Source: Takakia lepidozioides (taxonomy: Eukaryota > Plantae > Bryophyta). From it: a DNA stretch of 64,000 bases. The stretch lies in the NCBI GenBank assembly GCA_030704615.1, contig CM060731.1, positions 31,434,001 through 31,498,000 of the forward strand, in the 5' to 3' direction. The notes beneath the pieces are model-generated. The model made no database searches. It was given only the letters and a program-made list of their open reading frames with translations, and was not told the DNA's origin. The position numbers and the translations under genes are program-made. How positions within the stretch are numbered: position 1 is the stretch's first letter; each line of letters starts with the position of its first letter. This document shows positions 24,817 through 39,300 of this stretch, piece after piece.

Positions 24817-27800
24817 TCAAATCTGCAGTGAAACTAAGTATTGACCACTGTAAGGCTCACTGAAGGGCGGGCCATTGTAGTAAATGAAATCTGCAATCTG
24901 TCGATACATTTTGTCGGTGGGGTGATTAGAGTCAAACCACATGTAGTTTTCTGGATCAGCACAAATGGGCACAGTTGGCAAGCACGTGAAACCTCCGTTA
25001 AACTTGCCAATCCCACAGCACGCTGTATCTCCATTCTGGAAACCTGCCAACCAAGAGAAGATCAATCAGAAAGATCTAGAGTACTGTGTAACAATACTGG
25101 TCACGGAAAACTCAAGCCCCGTTTTCCAAAGTAGATTCGACTCTTGACTGCACAGCGTCGCCAGAATCATCATCGCAACCCTGCGGGTCTTCCGTCCTAT
25201 TGAGTCGTTTGGAGAAAATATCAAATTGGGACCACCATACTTTTTAGAAGACGTGACTATGTCGAAGAAGAAACTCACCAAATTGATGCGGATTATTGCT
25301 TGCATCATAGATACTGTCAAAAATATTGTTGTAGATGAGGAGAAAATCCGGAAGCGTTGCCCTCAAGTTCGGTAGCATGGCTCTAACAGCTACATTGTGT
25401 TTCAAGGCTGCATCGTTCAAAAAATTTACACATGGCCCGGTGCTATTGTATCTGCTCCGCTGCGAAGGACAGCAACCTATTGCCGGAGCTCCGGCTACGC
25501 CCACCTTGCGGGCCCCCAAATTGTAGAGAAACTGTCATAGAAAGAGGGGAAGCTGTTGTTAGCCTCGACTATATTGGCTGTTCTTTATTTGAGATCCTTG
25601 TCCCCAAGTGGATGATCGTACACCTCTCTCGGCAGAGAAGAGATGGCGAGGTTAAAGGAAAATAAGGGAATAGAAGAGGCAAATCCTTCAGAGCTATGTC
25701 TAAGTGCAAATCCATGCCCAAACTGTACACAACAACCTGCAGATCCAGAACTGTAAGATGGGGTGCCTTGAATAAATTGTGGTGTCAAAAGCAAGATTAC
25801 TAGCTGGCCGTCTCCACCTGCATGTGGATCTAGGGTAAATATGTAAGATCAAGTTGAAGCTTCTACGCTCTGCAACTTCTCACCGACAAACTTATTTTTC
25901 CAGTCTGGAAGACATACTGAAGCTTCACCTGCCCACCTTGGTCTTCGCATAATTTCCTGGGGATATTATTTGAACAGAAAGAAAGTTAATGAAATTCATG
26001 ACACTTTCCGACGTCCTCGGTGCATGCTCAAACAGCTCATGGGACGAGAATGCAGGATGAGGGACCAAAGAGAGAGAGAGAAAGAGAGAGAGAAAGTTGT
26101 GAAATCTTACCGTGAGTTTCTCGGAAAGAGTAGTCGTAACGAGCTGAACGTAATCTGGAATATCCATACCAGGCGGTGAGGTTGGAATGTAGAAGTAGTA
26201 TCCATTGGTATAGTCATTGGCGCCAGTAAGGAAGTAGTAAAGTGAATTACGAAAGAACTTATCCCCTGCCTCTTTCCCAAGCATCTGGTAGATTTCTGGC
26301 TGCGTTCGATCTCGGAAGTATCCCAACTGCTCGGACAATGTGATTATTTGTCCCTGTCACCACCCACGTCACACGATTCGGACGAGCTCAGCAATACGGA
26401 AATCATGGCACCAGAGGGCAGTCGGATTTTCTTTCTACTTACGTACATGTGTGTATGTCGTCAGTCCTGATTCAAATTACCAAACCACAACTGATTGCTC
26501 TTGGAGCTGGAACATCATACATATATACTGGATAAGACAACAACAGGAAACTGGCAGCGAGAACCTGCACGATTCCCTATTGAAGTGAAGCTCCTAACCT
26601 TGACCCTGAAATGGTGTTGGGGTGGAGAGAAGGGAGGAAGCCGCGCAGTGCGTCCTAAAGACCCAGTTCCTAAAGCCTCCAATTGGGTACCCGTGCATCC
26701 TAAGACATTTCACTTACGAAATATCGGCCAGTTTCATTGAGGATGCCCGCGCCTGCGGATGCATAATTCACCCCCTGGAGCAGCCGTTCGCCCTTCACTT
26801 CAGGATCCAGAAATGCCGGCAACAAAGGCAGCCCCACCAACGAAGCTGCAAACGACACCATTAGTTGAGCGAGGATCAACAATCTAGAAAAGGTTCACTT
26901 TGGTATCACCTATTAGGAAGAAACTCAATCCACTTGTAGCAGACTGTTGCACTCAGTTTCATCTGATACTAGCTTGAACTTGCATCATGGCCAGACGATC
27001 AATTATGTGCAGTGTGTCAATCTTATTGTGTCACATGTGACTTGTTGTTACTAACGGGATCTTCCTGCTCTAAATATTAGACTTAATCACGTTCCAGTGA
27101 CGGTCTTTACAGAGAACCACTGTAACGCTTAAGCATGGGTTGAAACCAATCTACCCGAAGCGAATTGTTTTGGACGTGTGCTGTTTCTGTTTCAATTGGC
27201 GATGTGTACGTACACTGCATGTTTCCTCACCAACTGCTCATATCTCAAATACAACATCTACTAGATGAGGACTAGATGTATCCTGCCCTTAAGAGGACAA
27301 GTGGCCCTGAATCCTCGATTTCGCAGAGTTAAACGAGAGTTAAACCTGGCCCTGTTGATCAATACCAGTGAAGGTCAAGTGCATATATTGCTAGCTAGCG
27401 TGGTCGTAACGCCCTCCCGATGCTAAATCGGATTTTGTAGCTCGATCCAGAACACATCTGAGGTGGATCGTTCAATCTTGCAGTCTAACGTGAATTGGGC
27501 TTTCGAATTTCAATTTCATCTGAAATGCAGCACCTGAACTTTCCTGAAGAACGCTGCCCTTTTCAGAAACTGGCAATACTTTGGTAGATTTAGCACTGCT
27601 TTGGTCTTTCATGATATGGGATTTTACTCGGACCAGGAGAGTTGAGTACTTACCCAAGGCGTCCATTGGGGTGCGGCCATTGGTAAATCTTCCTGTAGGT
27701 TTGTGTGTGTCAAACTGTCGTCCATAAGGTTGGAAGTCGGCCTTGGCCAGTGACTTAAGGTAGTTGTTGTTGCCCGGGTCGGAAAGGGAGTCGCCAAAAA

Positions 27801-27933
27801 CAAAGAGTGCTGGAACCAAAGGCTTCGACGGCGTTGGGGCCTGACCCTTGACAGCAATCAATGTTCTTAGAAGCAGCAATGGCCACAAGAAACTAGTGAC
27901 GGTCCACGCACACTGTCCTAGGCGCCATGCCAT
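24817..27933 (-). CDS. GDSL esterase/lipase (SGNH family), 5 exons, paralogue of the + strand gene
   Basis: Exons 27933-27654, 26845-26718, 26353-26111, 25531-25279, 25043-24817; GT-AG, with the same intron positions as its neighbour. [40 protein letters not shown]. Confidence 0.93.
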
Positions 27934-30900
27934 TGCTCCTATGCGACCCCTCAAATTTCCGCAATCCACCTGACAAGCATATGCTAGTTACCATATACGT
28001 CAAAGAAGGGAAGAAACGCTAGGACAATACAGTCCACACGACCACTCCAACCGACCAATGGATCCCAATTAAAATTTTGATTTGAGTCGTAGATAAACGC
28101 TCACACAACTAGTTATTCATGAAGGACTTGTTGAATTAAGCACTCTCCATTTGGTCAGACGAGAACGAGAGAGAGAGAGAAAGAGAGAGCGCGCGCGGGA
28201 GAGGGACAGCTGATGAGCACTGTGAGACAAGACTGTGCAAGTCCTCGGTGAGCTGATCTAGCTTTCATACTCAACTCCACCACAACACTTGTTTCGTGGT
28301 TACTGAACCTGCACTGTAACCATATACACAACACACTGTCTGTGCAGGCAGCTGCTCTAGACACAAACTTGAGGAAGACAGTGACGTCAAAGCTGCAAAA
28401 CAACCTGGGGCTGGAAGAGCTGCCTGCTTCAGGTCGAGTTATTTGTTGGAGCCATGTGACTTCTTCCAGAATTGCAGGGAACTTGCAGCCCGATTGTTTA
28501 TGATATATCTTGGAGCTGCCTCTGTGAAACGCTCTTATTCCGCCACTTGAGGCCAGCTTCAGGGGAATACAAAATACATTCTCGTTCTCCAACATGTTCC
28601 GACACACTTGCAGTGCTGTTCAGCATGTGGATGTGCTGTAGTGGGAGGAGAATACGGGCCAGCACTTGATGAGAGTCTGGCGTGGAACTCTCACTTATAA
28701 AAACCAACCAGGCACATAACATTTTTACACCTTCTTCAAGGGATGAATATTGGAGGCATTGCCCAAGGTGACAGCCGGTGTGATATTCATGTGTAAGCTA
28801 TATATAGGGACAAGACCAGTCTTGAATCTTGACCCTATGATATAGAGACCTGCATGGACCACCGATGAACCATGAGGACTTGCTATAAACGGAGTCCAAA
28901 CAGAGTCCTTAGCCCACACCAGTTTAGGTGCCCAGTTCTTTTACTCGTTCAAGGTCACCTAGGAGCAAGTCTTATCAATCCTCGACAATCCATCACCTTC
29001 ATTCACTGAACAACGGGACAAAAAACGAGTTCTTCCGAATTTTTTGTACCTCCTAGGTTTGCATAAAACATAGTTATGGGTGTTGGGGACCCGCCTCAGG
29101 TAGCGATGTCAGAGCTTCCTGGAATCGGGAATCGTCAGTTAACAACTAAGCTATGAACCCGTGGGATCCCCCTTGTTGACAGTTGTGTTGGATGATGTCA
29201 ACCCCATTATAGAGAGTCTGCAAAGACACCGGCTAATAAAGGAAGTGAGAAGAACTGCTCGCAGCTGTGGATTTCATTTGTGGACAGTCTCTGAAACACT
29301 CTTCACAGCCTCAAGGACCATCCAAAAGTAACCAGGTTGCATAATAAGTAGTAATGCAACCATTGCTGTTCCACCCTAACTTAGGATGATGTAATTAATG
29401 AAGAGGCCATAATAAACATAAGTGTTGTGCAAGTTGCTTTTGGCGAAATGAGCCTTACAAATATCTTATTTAAGATATTCTGAGGACCCAATGTCCAAAA
29501 AAAAATAGTAAATGGAATATTCAATTTAAAAAAAAAATTGTCAACTTACATCTTTGTGCAGACCAAGCATAATTTCAATTCTAAGCATCTTTGTAGTCTC
29601 AACTGGACTCCATCTTTCAAACTAGGAATACTAGACAGCTGACGGGAGTTTAATGCATGCATGGGACACGTACAGGTATGGTTTCACTGCAGGGGCTGTC
29701 CTGCTGTCCTGTCTCGGTTTTCTTAATGTTCTAGCTCGCAACATATATTGTGGTCACTTGGAGACCACCCACAAAATGGGGCAGTACCGCAAGGGGGAGT
29801 GGCTCTTATTTACGCTAACTCCGATTGCCATCCATCTTCTCTCTCTGGTCACATGGAGAGGATGTGACATGTCAGCTACTCTGACCGGACTTTGCAAAAA
29901 CAATTATTCATTAAGTTTAAACTAACTTAATGTGATGTGGATATTCAGAAAATTTGTAGAGTATGCAGTTCTGCTTGCTCACACGGTACCCAACCTCGGT
30001 TACTTACTTACTGAAAAATGTCATCCTAAGTTTTGGGCGCTAGAAGTCATCAGCAAATGTAAATTCAGAATGAAAAAGTGTCCAGGGATCGAGCAAGGGA
30101 AATTTCGTTTGAATCAGTTGCCACCTAACTTTCACATTGTGGGCTCTGGTTTTGGCGGTTTCCACGACAGATCTCCCTGTCCAAGAGCCATACCAGTCCA
30201 AGTTTGTGTGGCAACCCATTTGCTTCCACATAGAAGATCGACAATCGACAAGCGACTGTTGTCACGGGATCCTGTTAGAAACACAGAACAATGATGGCCA
30301 ACCACCCTGTATATGTTGTCAACCGAATGCATTAGTGTTCCACGAATTTGTTGTGTACCAGGTGCACACCTCGTGAAACGAACCAAGGGTGATGATGAGA
30401 CCAGCCCAGTTTTGCCTACGATGTTATCAACTGCATGGATTAAAGTATCGTGCTGGACATTATTATCGTGAAGAGTTAATTGCAGAAGATACAATCTGAA
30501 AGCTTGTCCTTGGATCATTCACTTGCCACCCAGACACAATGTCTCCGATCTAACCTGGCAGCAATGAAGCTCCGGGTGCAGCTGCAATCCAATCCCCTTA
30601 GTCAGCCCAAAAGTTGGCACTTGGCACCTCTGGGTGGCGTCCTCGGAGTTGCAGAGCAGCTTGACTTGTACACTGACACAGTTTTAGTATGTGAATGTTG
30701 CGTTCGACCTCTCTCTGGAGTCTGCACGCTTTCTGCACATTGGGTTCACGTTCTGCAACTGTGGGTGCCGTGAGGTCCCATAGTAAGTAGAATGGCCTCT
30801 CTCGTGGACTGCCAGAAGTGGGCAACTGATTGCCCTAAAGTAAAGACGTTTCATCACGCAACCAGGGGGCCCCATGGGGATGGAGCCCTACTTACTAATC

Positions 30901-32053
30901 TCGCCTCAATTCCCCTCACTCAAAATCTTAAAAAAACCACCAAGAAATGATATGTTTCTCCAAATAATGCGCCCCACATTCAACACTGGTGTTTTCTGGA
31001 TCTGAGGCTGATTGCCCTGGAAATTGGCAGGTGGGTGCAGGAGGAAGGTGGCACACCAATGCATATAGTATATACCAGTCCTTCACCTATCTACCAGTCG
31101 AGGTAAGCACATAATGTGCGGTCCAAGTTCGTAAAAGAGTTAATTTTCTATAAGTTACACCATTTCTTCACTATGTCCAGGGGTCGTATTTTTAGAGAAA
31201 GTTAGACAATATGGCACTGGGCTGTAAAGACTATACCTCACCTGAAGAATGATATGTAAATGATTCATCTAATTGAGGAAATATGTTGTGGAAGTAGTAA
31301 CTGCAAACTGGGTACAGAGGAAGCTTCAAGGGTTCTACCACAGTTGAGGAAATAGGTAGTGCAGATGGATTTGTCTAAAAAAACCGTAGAGAAACATGTG
31401 CCCACGTCCAACTAACGTGATAACTTGGCTGGGCATGATCACATGAATGCAGTAAGCAAGCATCGACTATGGTACATAATAATGAAGGGTGGGAGCGGCG
31501 GACACATTAATGAAAATGTCCAACACATCTGACTCGCCTTTCTAAAATGTCAGGGAGAGTAATTGAGAGCACCCAAACTTCATGTGCAGTCTTAAACCTA
31601 GAGTGGGTTAGGTGCCTTGTTCTCAGGGGCTAACATCCTATTTGGGGGCTAGGAATCCTAGACCAAAGTTAATGCTGTATGGAGTGGTGGGTGGACCAAG
31701 GAACAGTGCACACAAAGAAGGGTCTGGATCCTTTTTCACCTTGGACCCCTACTTGCTACCCAAAACAAAGTATGATCAGAGGCACACAGACCAAGCAAAA
31801 CCTTCACAATGGGGTGGAAGGTTCAACATTCCTTCTGACCAGAGCTTAGTCCTGCGTCACAGGCCAGCAGCAACGTTACAAGTGGATTGCAACTCTGAGA
31901 CCAAGCATGCATGTGGTGGATAGTTAGGAAAAGGTGGTTTGGCCTAAATCCCAGATGAGAAGAGATTGAGATTTGAATCTACTGCTGCCCAGAGTCTCTT
32001 ATGTGTCAGCAAAGACTTGAGGGAACTAAGAGTCTCTTATGCTTTCTATGTCA

Positions 32054-32176
32054 ATGCTCTGAACATACTTAATCCCTTTCATCCTTGAATATCTCCTCGT
32101 ACCTCACCACACAGAATTTGATGCTTTGAACATTCTTAATTCCTCTCATCATACAATATCTCCTCGTACCTCACCA
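32054..32176. repeat. Two-copy ~67-bp tandem duplication
   Basis: atgct.tgaacat.cttaat...aatatctcctcgtacctcacca is repeated at about 32054 and 32121. Confidence 0.75.
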
Positions 32177-33333
32177 GGCAATGCACGGAATTTGCATGTG
32201 ACTAATGTCTATGCAGTGAAGGTGTGTCTCATCATAATTAAGGTGAAAAGTTGGAATTAGTACAGCTGTGTATGGCGAACCTATACTCAAACTGGAGTCC
32301 CACACACAAAAAATTGGCCGAGGCTGACTGCATCAAATTTGCCTTCCAAGGATATGGGATGTAAGATTCATGCACCTTCATCAGGGGTGGACCCACTACA
32401 CAATCCATGTGGCAGGGTTAGTGCAAGGCAGCAAAATTTCTCTATGACCAGCCTCATCTTTCACTGGGGCTTCACAGACTGGTCCCACTCATTCATATGC
32501 TGTATCAGATCCAGCACAAGTGGCAGGTTCCATGGCTGTTTCTATTGGTTGTACTCAACCGCACTCTTCACCATTAGACAAAGTGGAGATATGCATGATC
32601 ATTCCCCCTCATCGCTTATATCACTGTTCTTCAGTACACATGTGGACACTAATGCCACCTCTCAATTTTTACCTAGTCCGAGATTTTGATGACCAAAAGC
32701 AGTCTGCATCTGCAACCTGAACTTCCCTCTGCCTTCTCCCTCTTCTCTACTTTCTGAAATCTGACCCTCCTAAGAAATTTCTCATTCAGAAATGCTCTGA
32801 AACAAACAATCTCACAGTGTGACATTTCTGCTAAAATCATTCCCTTGATTCCTAGAGGTCTAAGGCTAGCCTTGTACCCTGGCGTGTCAATACGCACCAT
32901 TTCGAAGGCATTCCACTCCAACAACTTCCCTACAACCTTTATCCATCTTGCACGAAACATATGGTGAGGATCAATTTGGGGCCACAAAACGTCTACCTAC
33001 CTATTAAGATACAAGACTGTTGGTAGACTAGAGCTTCAATCAAGTGAGCAAGTGCATCAGATCTCTAAGTTCACGTGGCAGTTTCATCTGAATACTAGCA
33101 CTCAAAAGAACACTGCATAAACAGTCTGATGTTACACTGTGCATAACTTCACACTGAGTTCCATACCCTGATGGATGCAAATGGCAGGACTGGCTCCAGA
33201 AGGGCATCTATATTTCGGGGATTGTGCCACTCAGGCAAGGTCAACGACAACCCTGACACTGTTCGTCTCTTGATAGATCACTTGCATGCACCTCCACCAC
33301 TCTAAAAAGAAGGGACCTCGCTCATCTTGCAGT

Positions 33334-36300
33334 CTAGCTCACAGTTTGCTCAGCACAGAACCTCTCCCATTCTTGTAGGACTGCTGCTTGCAATGCTCTG
33401 TGCTCCATGTCTTCCGCAGAAGGCACAGTCAGGGTTGAGGGAGGCTTGGCTGGTTCCAGGCCCGGTAGCAAGCTGTCGTCCTCTGGAGTAGCAGGAGGAG
33501 GTTCAGGTTCGGTCACCTTCACCTTGGGAAGAGCAAGTAGCTCCATAGACCTCCGAAGCTTTTCAGCTGCCGCAGCCTGTGCCAAAAAAAGATAGGAACC
33601 TGAGCCGACAATAATAGATATAGTGTTGCAGCCCTGCTTACTAACTGTTTCTCAACTGTAACTCAACTTTCTTCAGTCTTTACCAACAAAATTGCAACAG
33701 AATTTAAGAGAGAAGTTGCGGCTGTTCTGTTGGCCAAAATAAGGCCAAGACAACTGTTACCCATCTACACAGAGATATTGCCCTCCCTGGCAATTTTTCT
33801 CCATCTAAAAGTCAGGTCGGAAAGGACAAAGCCGGAATTCAGTATAAGCATAATACCAGATATACTGCTCCACAAGTTGATCTGCTAAAACACCATTTGC
33901 AGGAAAGGTCTCAACTATAAAGTCAGAAAGCCCGGTCTGATCATTTCCACCGGCCATGAGATATTTACACTTGAACAGTGGAAGGAGTCTATCCCACGAC
34001 AAACTAAAACCTAACCTCTTCTATCATATGTTAGGTCCCTTCCGAAAGAGTGGAATGACATCACAGGTGGGTTAGGAGACATGAAAACGTGACGTCCCTG
34101 TCATTCACTCGGTAACAAATATAACCGACTGTTACTCCCAGGACCTCACACACAATCTGTGGGAGCAATGGACACATTCAGAAAGACTATTACAATACTG
34201 ACCTGCACTTCCTCTTCAGAAACCTCTCGCACAGCACCTTCTGTCAAATCATCCAGCCAGCTTTGCAAGTCCCCAGTTATTTCCTCCACAATCGACGCAG
34301 CCGATGCGCGGAGCACAAATTTGCACACCATTGTCTTTGTTTCATCGCCCAGGTCTACGTCCGCGCTCACCTCACTGGCGCCAAAAATCATCATACCCAC
34401 GAAGTCTCCATACCATGTATTGGCTGCATAGCATAGCTGCATAACAAATTTCACATTAGTGATGTCACCAATCCATTTGCAAATAGAAAGCTGCAGCTGA
34501 GGGCTTGGAATGGTACTATGGCTCCGTGTAGATATGTCTCTTACCTTACTGCAATTATGTAACCAATATTGGCAATAGGAACGAAAAGGAGTAGAGAGAA
34601 GCCTGACAGCCTCATTATGGTCATGCTTACAGGGAGAAAGATTGGAGGATAGAACAACACCTGGAACCCAGCCACTGTACGCAGGATATGTGAGCACACT
34701 TTGTGAAAGGGCTTTGATGACAGTGCTTTAACCCCTGAAAGCAGTGGCAGTATGGCAGGTTCATTCACGACACCTGCTGCATTTGTCATTGTCTGGCCCC
34801 CACTCTCGTAGGTGTACGCCCCTGTGCACTCAGCAATGGCTGGCAAGCTCGGCCAGATCCGAAAAAACTCGACTGGAGAGAGAGCATGAGGAAGTAGGAG
34901 TTCTATCAGGGGAATTCGATAGGGCCGGCACCGCAGAACAACAGGTTCTCCGTACTCGGGTACAAAGCTCTTTCTGTGTCTAACGCTCTGGATGCCATCC
35001 TCTTCCCCAGCATCGCCAGCATCTCCATTGGCCACTCCTGCACCACCAAAGAAAGGGTAGTAGAGCAACTGGACACACAGAGAGCATCGCTCAAACCGTG
35101 AGACTCCAACTGTCACACTGCATAGCACTGGATCCTGCAATGGGAAAAGGGGAGGATCAGTACTAAGTCCATCCAGTTACCGCATGCATTCTGATACGAG
35201 TCTGTCACCAACAGGTATTATTGTCTGTGTATGTCTGTGTTAAACTACACAATGTTCATGCCTAGGTGTAAATTGGAGTTCATGAGGTATTTTCTGGTTG
35301 TTCTTCATCAGTTCTGGTTGATTAGATGTTTCCCATTCTCTTCCCACACATACACTCAAGTGAATCACCTGTGAGAGAAGCTGTTGGAGTTGGCGCACAC
35401 CCTGAGGGGATCCATCTATGAACCGTAGGGCTCCCATTAGCCCAACCCGCACGTCAACCCTTTTTAGTTCCTGTTCTGTCATGTTGAGTACCTGGTCGCA
35501 AGTAATGCAAACTTATGTAAATCTGTGACAATATGCTATCCCTTCATTGTGAAACATCCATATTTACACAAGCACATTTTTTGGTAATACACTGTGCTGT
35601 GTTATCTAAGCAAACCTCTGACAGCTCATTGCCACTGGCCATTGAAGGTCACAATTATCTTTGTGACCAGCTAGACTATTAAACCTCAATCTTACAAATA
35701 AGTCAGCATTGGTTGGTAGAGAGCCATGCCGCTCCCAATATGAGAGTACACAGGGAAGGGATTATATACCCTGGGGTCTATGTATGCAAGGGCTATCACA
35801 AGTGCCATTGCACAACAGGACAGGTTTCAAGGACACTCCTTCAACAACCAAATGGCAAGCACCATAAAACCTGAGGAAAGGAAACAAGTGAACCAATTCA
35901 GAAAACCAAAGCCTAGGCTTCACTAAATGTCACTGACAAAGGCAGACAGTACAAATATCAGTTCCAGATGGATGGTAAAATAAAACAGCAATCATGGTTC
36001 TTAGAATGAAACACTATAGAAACCAGAAAGGAAGCGTGAGCATGTGCAAATAGATCTATACCTTCAAATGCAAAGTCAGCCTCCGCTCATTCGGGTCAGT
36101 CAAATGGTAGGCCTCTGTATAGCACGGATCACTACTGCCCGACAATGTTTGAGCACTGGGTGGAGGCTTTAAAGCGGATAAACCAGCACCTTTAGCAGTG
36201 ACCAGACTTAGTTCAGTTGGAGCGGGCCTCCAAAGCTCCTGAACTGCAGTGTGCACTAGGTCTTCTAGTTTCCGGTCCTGAGCTGCTGAAGCATCAAAAT

Positions 36301-39300
36301 ATTGGACAGACAGCTTGTGGTGGGTGAAGGGATAGTCTCCAGTTGCACCAGCATTTCCAACCCATCTTCACACACAGCAGTTATAACTCTTGTCAGTCAC
36401 CGCCCAGTTGCAGCAACTGACTTCCAATCATGTCATCAACACACGTCTAACTTTCAACCTCCAAACTTCAATGGCCATAAACTCTCAAATATGTGCATGC
36501 CACCACATTGCGTTTCAAGATCTCTGACAAACATACCCACACTCAAGTCAAAATTAACCTTTTACCACACTACATCTCTACATCCCCGTCACTAACACTT
36601 AGGTGAAACTTTCCTCCTTTGCTGCAAGTGCTTATCTCAGGGCTGTATTTTGGTGAACTTCTCCACAAGTGAGTCATTCTGCACTTCATGTTTTCCGCAG
36701 ATACTACCCAAAGGACAATTTGTATAAAAGACAGAACAGAAGAGAGGCCAATGTTAAGGAATTTGCACTTGCTTTTGCTAATTGTGAACAAACCCTCTGC
36801 AGCCATAAAATGAGTAGCACCACTCAAGAATTGGGGGCCAAGGGTGAATGGAATATGTTGTCTTACTTGAAGTCGGGGTGCTTCGCAATATACTTGAAGG
36901 TCTGCAAAATGAGTCGGCACTGGTGCTTGTTCACTGAGTCAGCCAAATTGCTGTTCCGGAAATCCTCAAGTTCTCTTGTCAACAGCTGCCCAGCCCTCAA
37001 ATTGCGGGAACCCAAGTGCTTTGCGCAAAGTAGCAAGGCCTGTACATCCTGTAGCCTGTAGTAAGGAACAATTCAACTTAGACCCTTGCCAATACCAGCT
37101 CCCATAGCCCACCATAACCAAATTGGCATGCATTCCTGAAGCTCCCAGCGACATGATTTCAAGCCCAGATGGTGGGGCCTGCTGCAACATATGCCCAACA
37201 TGAGATATCCAAAGTTAAAGGACTCTATAGCTTGGGAACAGACTGTGTGAAACAGGCCGTGGGCAATCGTTCTACAATGCAAGATGTATTCGCCGTGTTT
37301 GAAGGTTGCAACGCTTCCGCCAATGCTTTCAAATATCTCTGGACCAAGCCTAAGGATTTATGGCCACAAGCTTGCAGGCATGTGCAGACAAATAACTATA
37401 GTTATTAGCCAACGAAAAATTCAGCACCCACTAATGCTTCAAGAGATCAGGTATAGAGAATCAGACCTTGGCATCAATGCAGCAATCAAGAGGATCACAC
37501 ACACACACCTCTGTATATGTATATAGATACACACATATAGACTAGATAGCAACCTGTTTGTAGAGGTTGCTGGAGAGTCAATATTGAACAACACTTTGTG
37601 CATATGATCAACAATGATATTCAGCCGATCTTCAGGGTCGTCAGCGAGTAGAGGATCCAACCCCTCTAGGTCATAGTGCTCTGCCAAAGCCCAGATTACA
37701 CGCGCTCGTAATCTTGCAGTTGTGACCTGCATAATCAGCCGCCGTATTTCAGTGGAATGGTAAGAAATTAGCAATCAAACCACCAATGACATCAGTCTAC
37801 TGTCTGTGATTTGCCTTCTTGAGTGCAGCAGCATCTCAACTTATGCTGGAATGTACATGGCAAAGTAATCATCCTGAGAGCCAAACCACAACCCCATGAG
37901 TCCATGTGAATTGACACTCATGAACGAGTATGATTTTGACTGAACCATCCAAGTAATAGTGACTGCAAAACACCTCAGGAATATCCTTAATAAGCTGCCG
38001 CTGCAGTGCCTGCAACCGTGTCTCTGCCAAAATTTGCTCGGGAGACGCACCATCTTTGGACTTTTTCACCCCACCAACCGTGTCATAGATGTGGCACAGC
38101 CGCACCAGCAGCTTCAAATAGCAATCCATTGCATATGTTCGGCCTGGATGAGTACAAAAAGGTTAGAGGATTGTGGGCCAAGTCAACTATTTAAGAGGAG
38201 TAGAAGTAGACACATCTCTCTCTCTCTCTCTCTCTCTCACAGTCTCGAGGCTGAGCCAAAAGCCCAGGCCCTCCTGCTTGTGTGAAGGGATTTCTAGAGG
38301 ATATCTGGAAAACCCGGATTAATTCTTTATATGGAGGTAAGTCTTACTACCAACGTCAGCCCCTGACAGAGGTAGGTTCTGTCCCTTTTGTTCCCGCTCA
38401 AACTGGGCGCGGGGTCAATGGCCACAAGGCTACGGCAAACAACGTCTTATGAGTACAATCTCTCTCTTACAGTTAGGCAGAAAACTTCCCTGAACTTGTT
38501 TCCAGTCAGTGACATGGGGGAGGACATCTTGGATGACCTCAAGGGTCTACCCACTCTCGGCACTAGACTGCAATTTAAACTCAGGGCAGGAAGCCTACCT
38601 TTGAACAGCAAACAGAAGCAGAGAGGAAAGGGAGAGTGCAATTGCCCGCTGTGTGGGCAATCTGAAGACAGTATTCACTTTCTGATACACTGTCCGAGGT
38701 TCTCTCACCAAAGAGACGCTCTCTTCAATTCTATCAAGGGAATTGTGCCTGTACCCCTGTTTAACAACTTTGAAAGTCTCGAGGCTGAGCCAAAAGCCCA
38801 GGCCCTCCTGAGGCCTAGTTTTTGGGCACATCACACACAGCAGATTGATGCTTGTGTGAAGGGATTTCTAGAGGATATCTGGAAAACCCGGATTAATTCT
38901 ATATATGATGGTAAGTCACACTACCAACGTCAGCCCCTGACAGAGGTAGGTTCTGTCCCTTTTGTTCCCGCTCAAATTGGGCGCGGGGTCAATGGCCACA
39001 AGGCTACGGCAAACAACGTCTTATGAGTACAATCTCTCTTACAATTTGCTGGATAAATCTGACTTAGAGACTGTAGTGTCCAAAGCCATGTATGTTACCA
39101 GCAAATTGTCTGATGCAAATGAAGTTAGGCAGAAAACTTCCCTGAACCTGTTTCCAGTCTGTGACATGGGGGAGGATATCATGGATGACCTCAAGGGTCT
39201 ACCCACTCTCGGCACCAGACTGAAATTTAAACTCAGGGCAGGAAGCCTACCTTTGAACAGTAAACAGAAGCAGAGAGGAAAGGGAGAGTGCAATTGCCCG

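Noticed and set aside
26069-26093. (GA)n/(TC)n tracts here and near 28170 and 41835 as further LINE insertion sites
   Set aside because: No LINE 3' sequence adjoins them; they are plain microsatellites.
29932-30518. Cluster of 79-128-aa ORFs including a twice-repeated TLxHxVDNI peptide
   Set aside because: No recognisable domain or coherent splice structure; probably decayed repeat.
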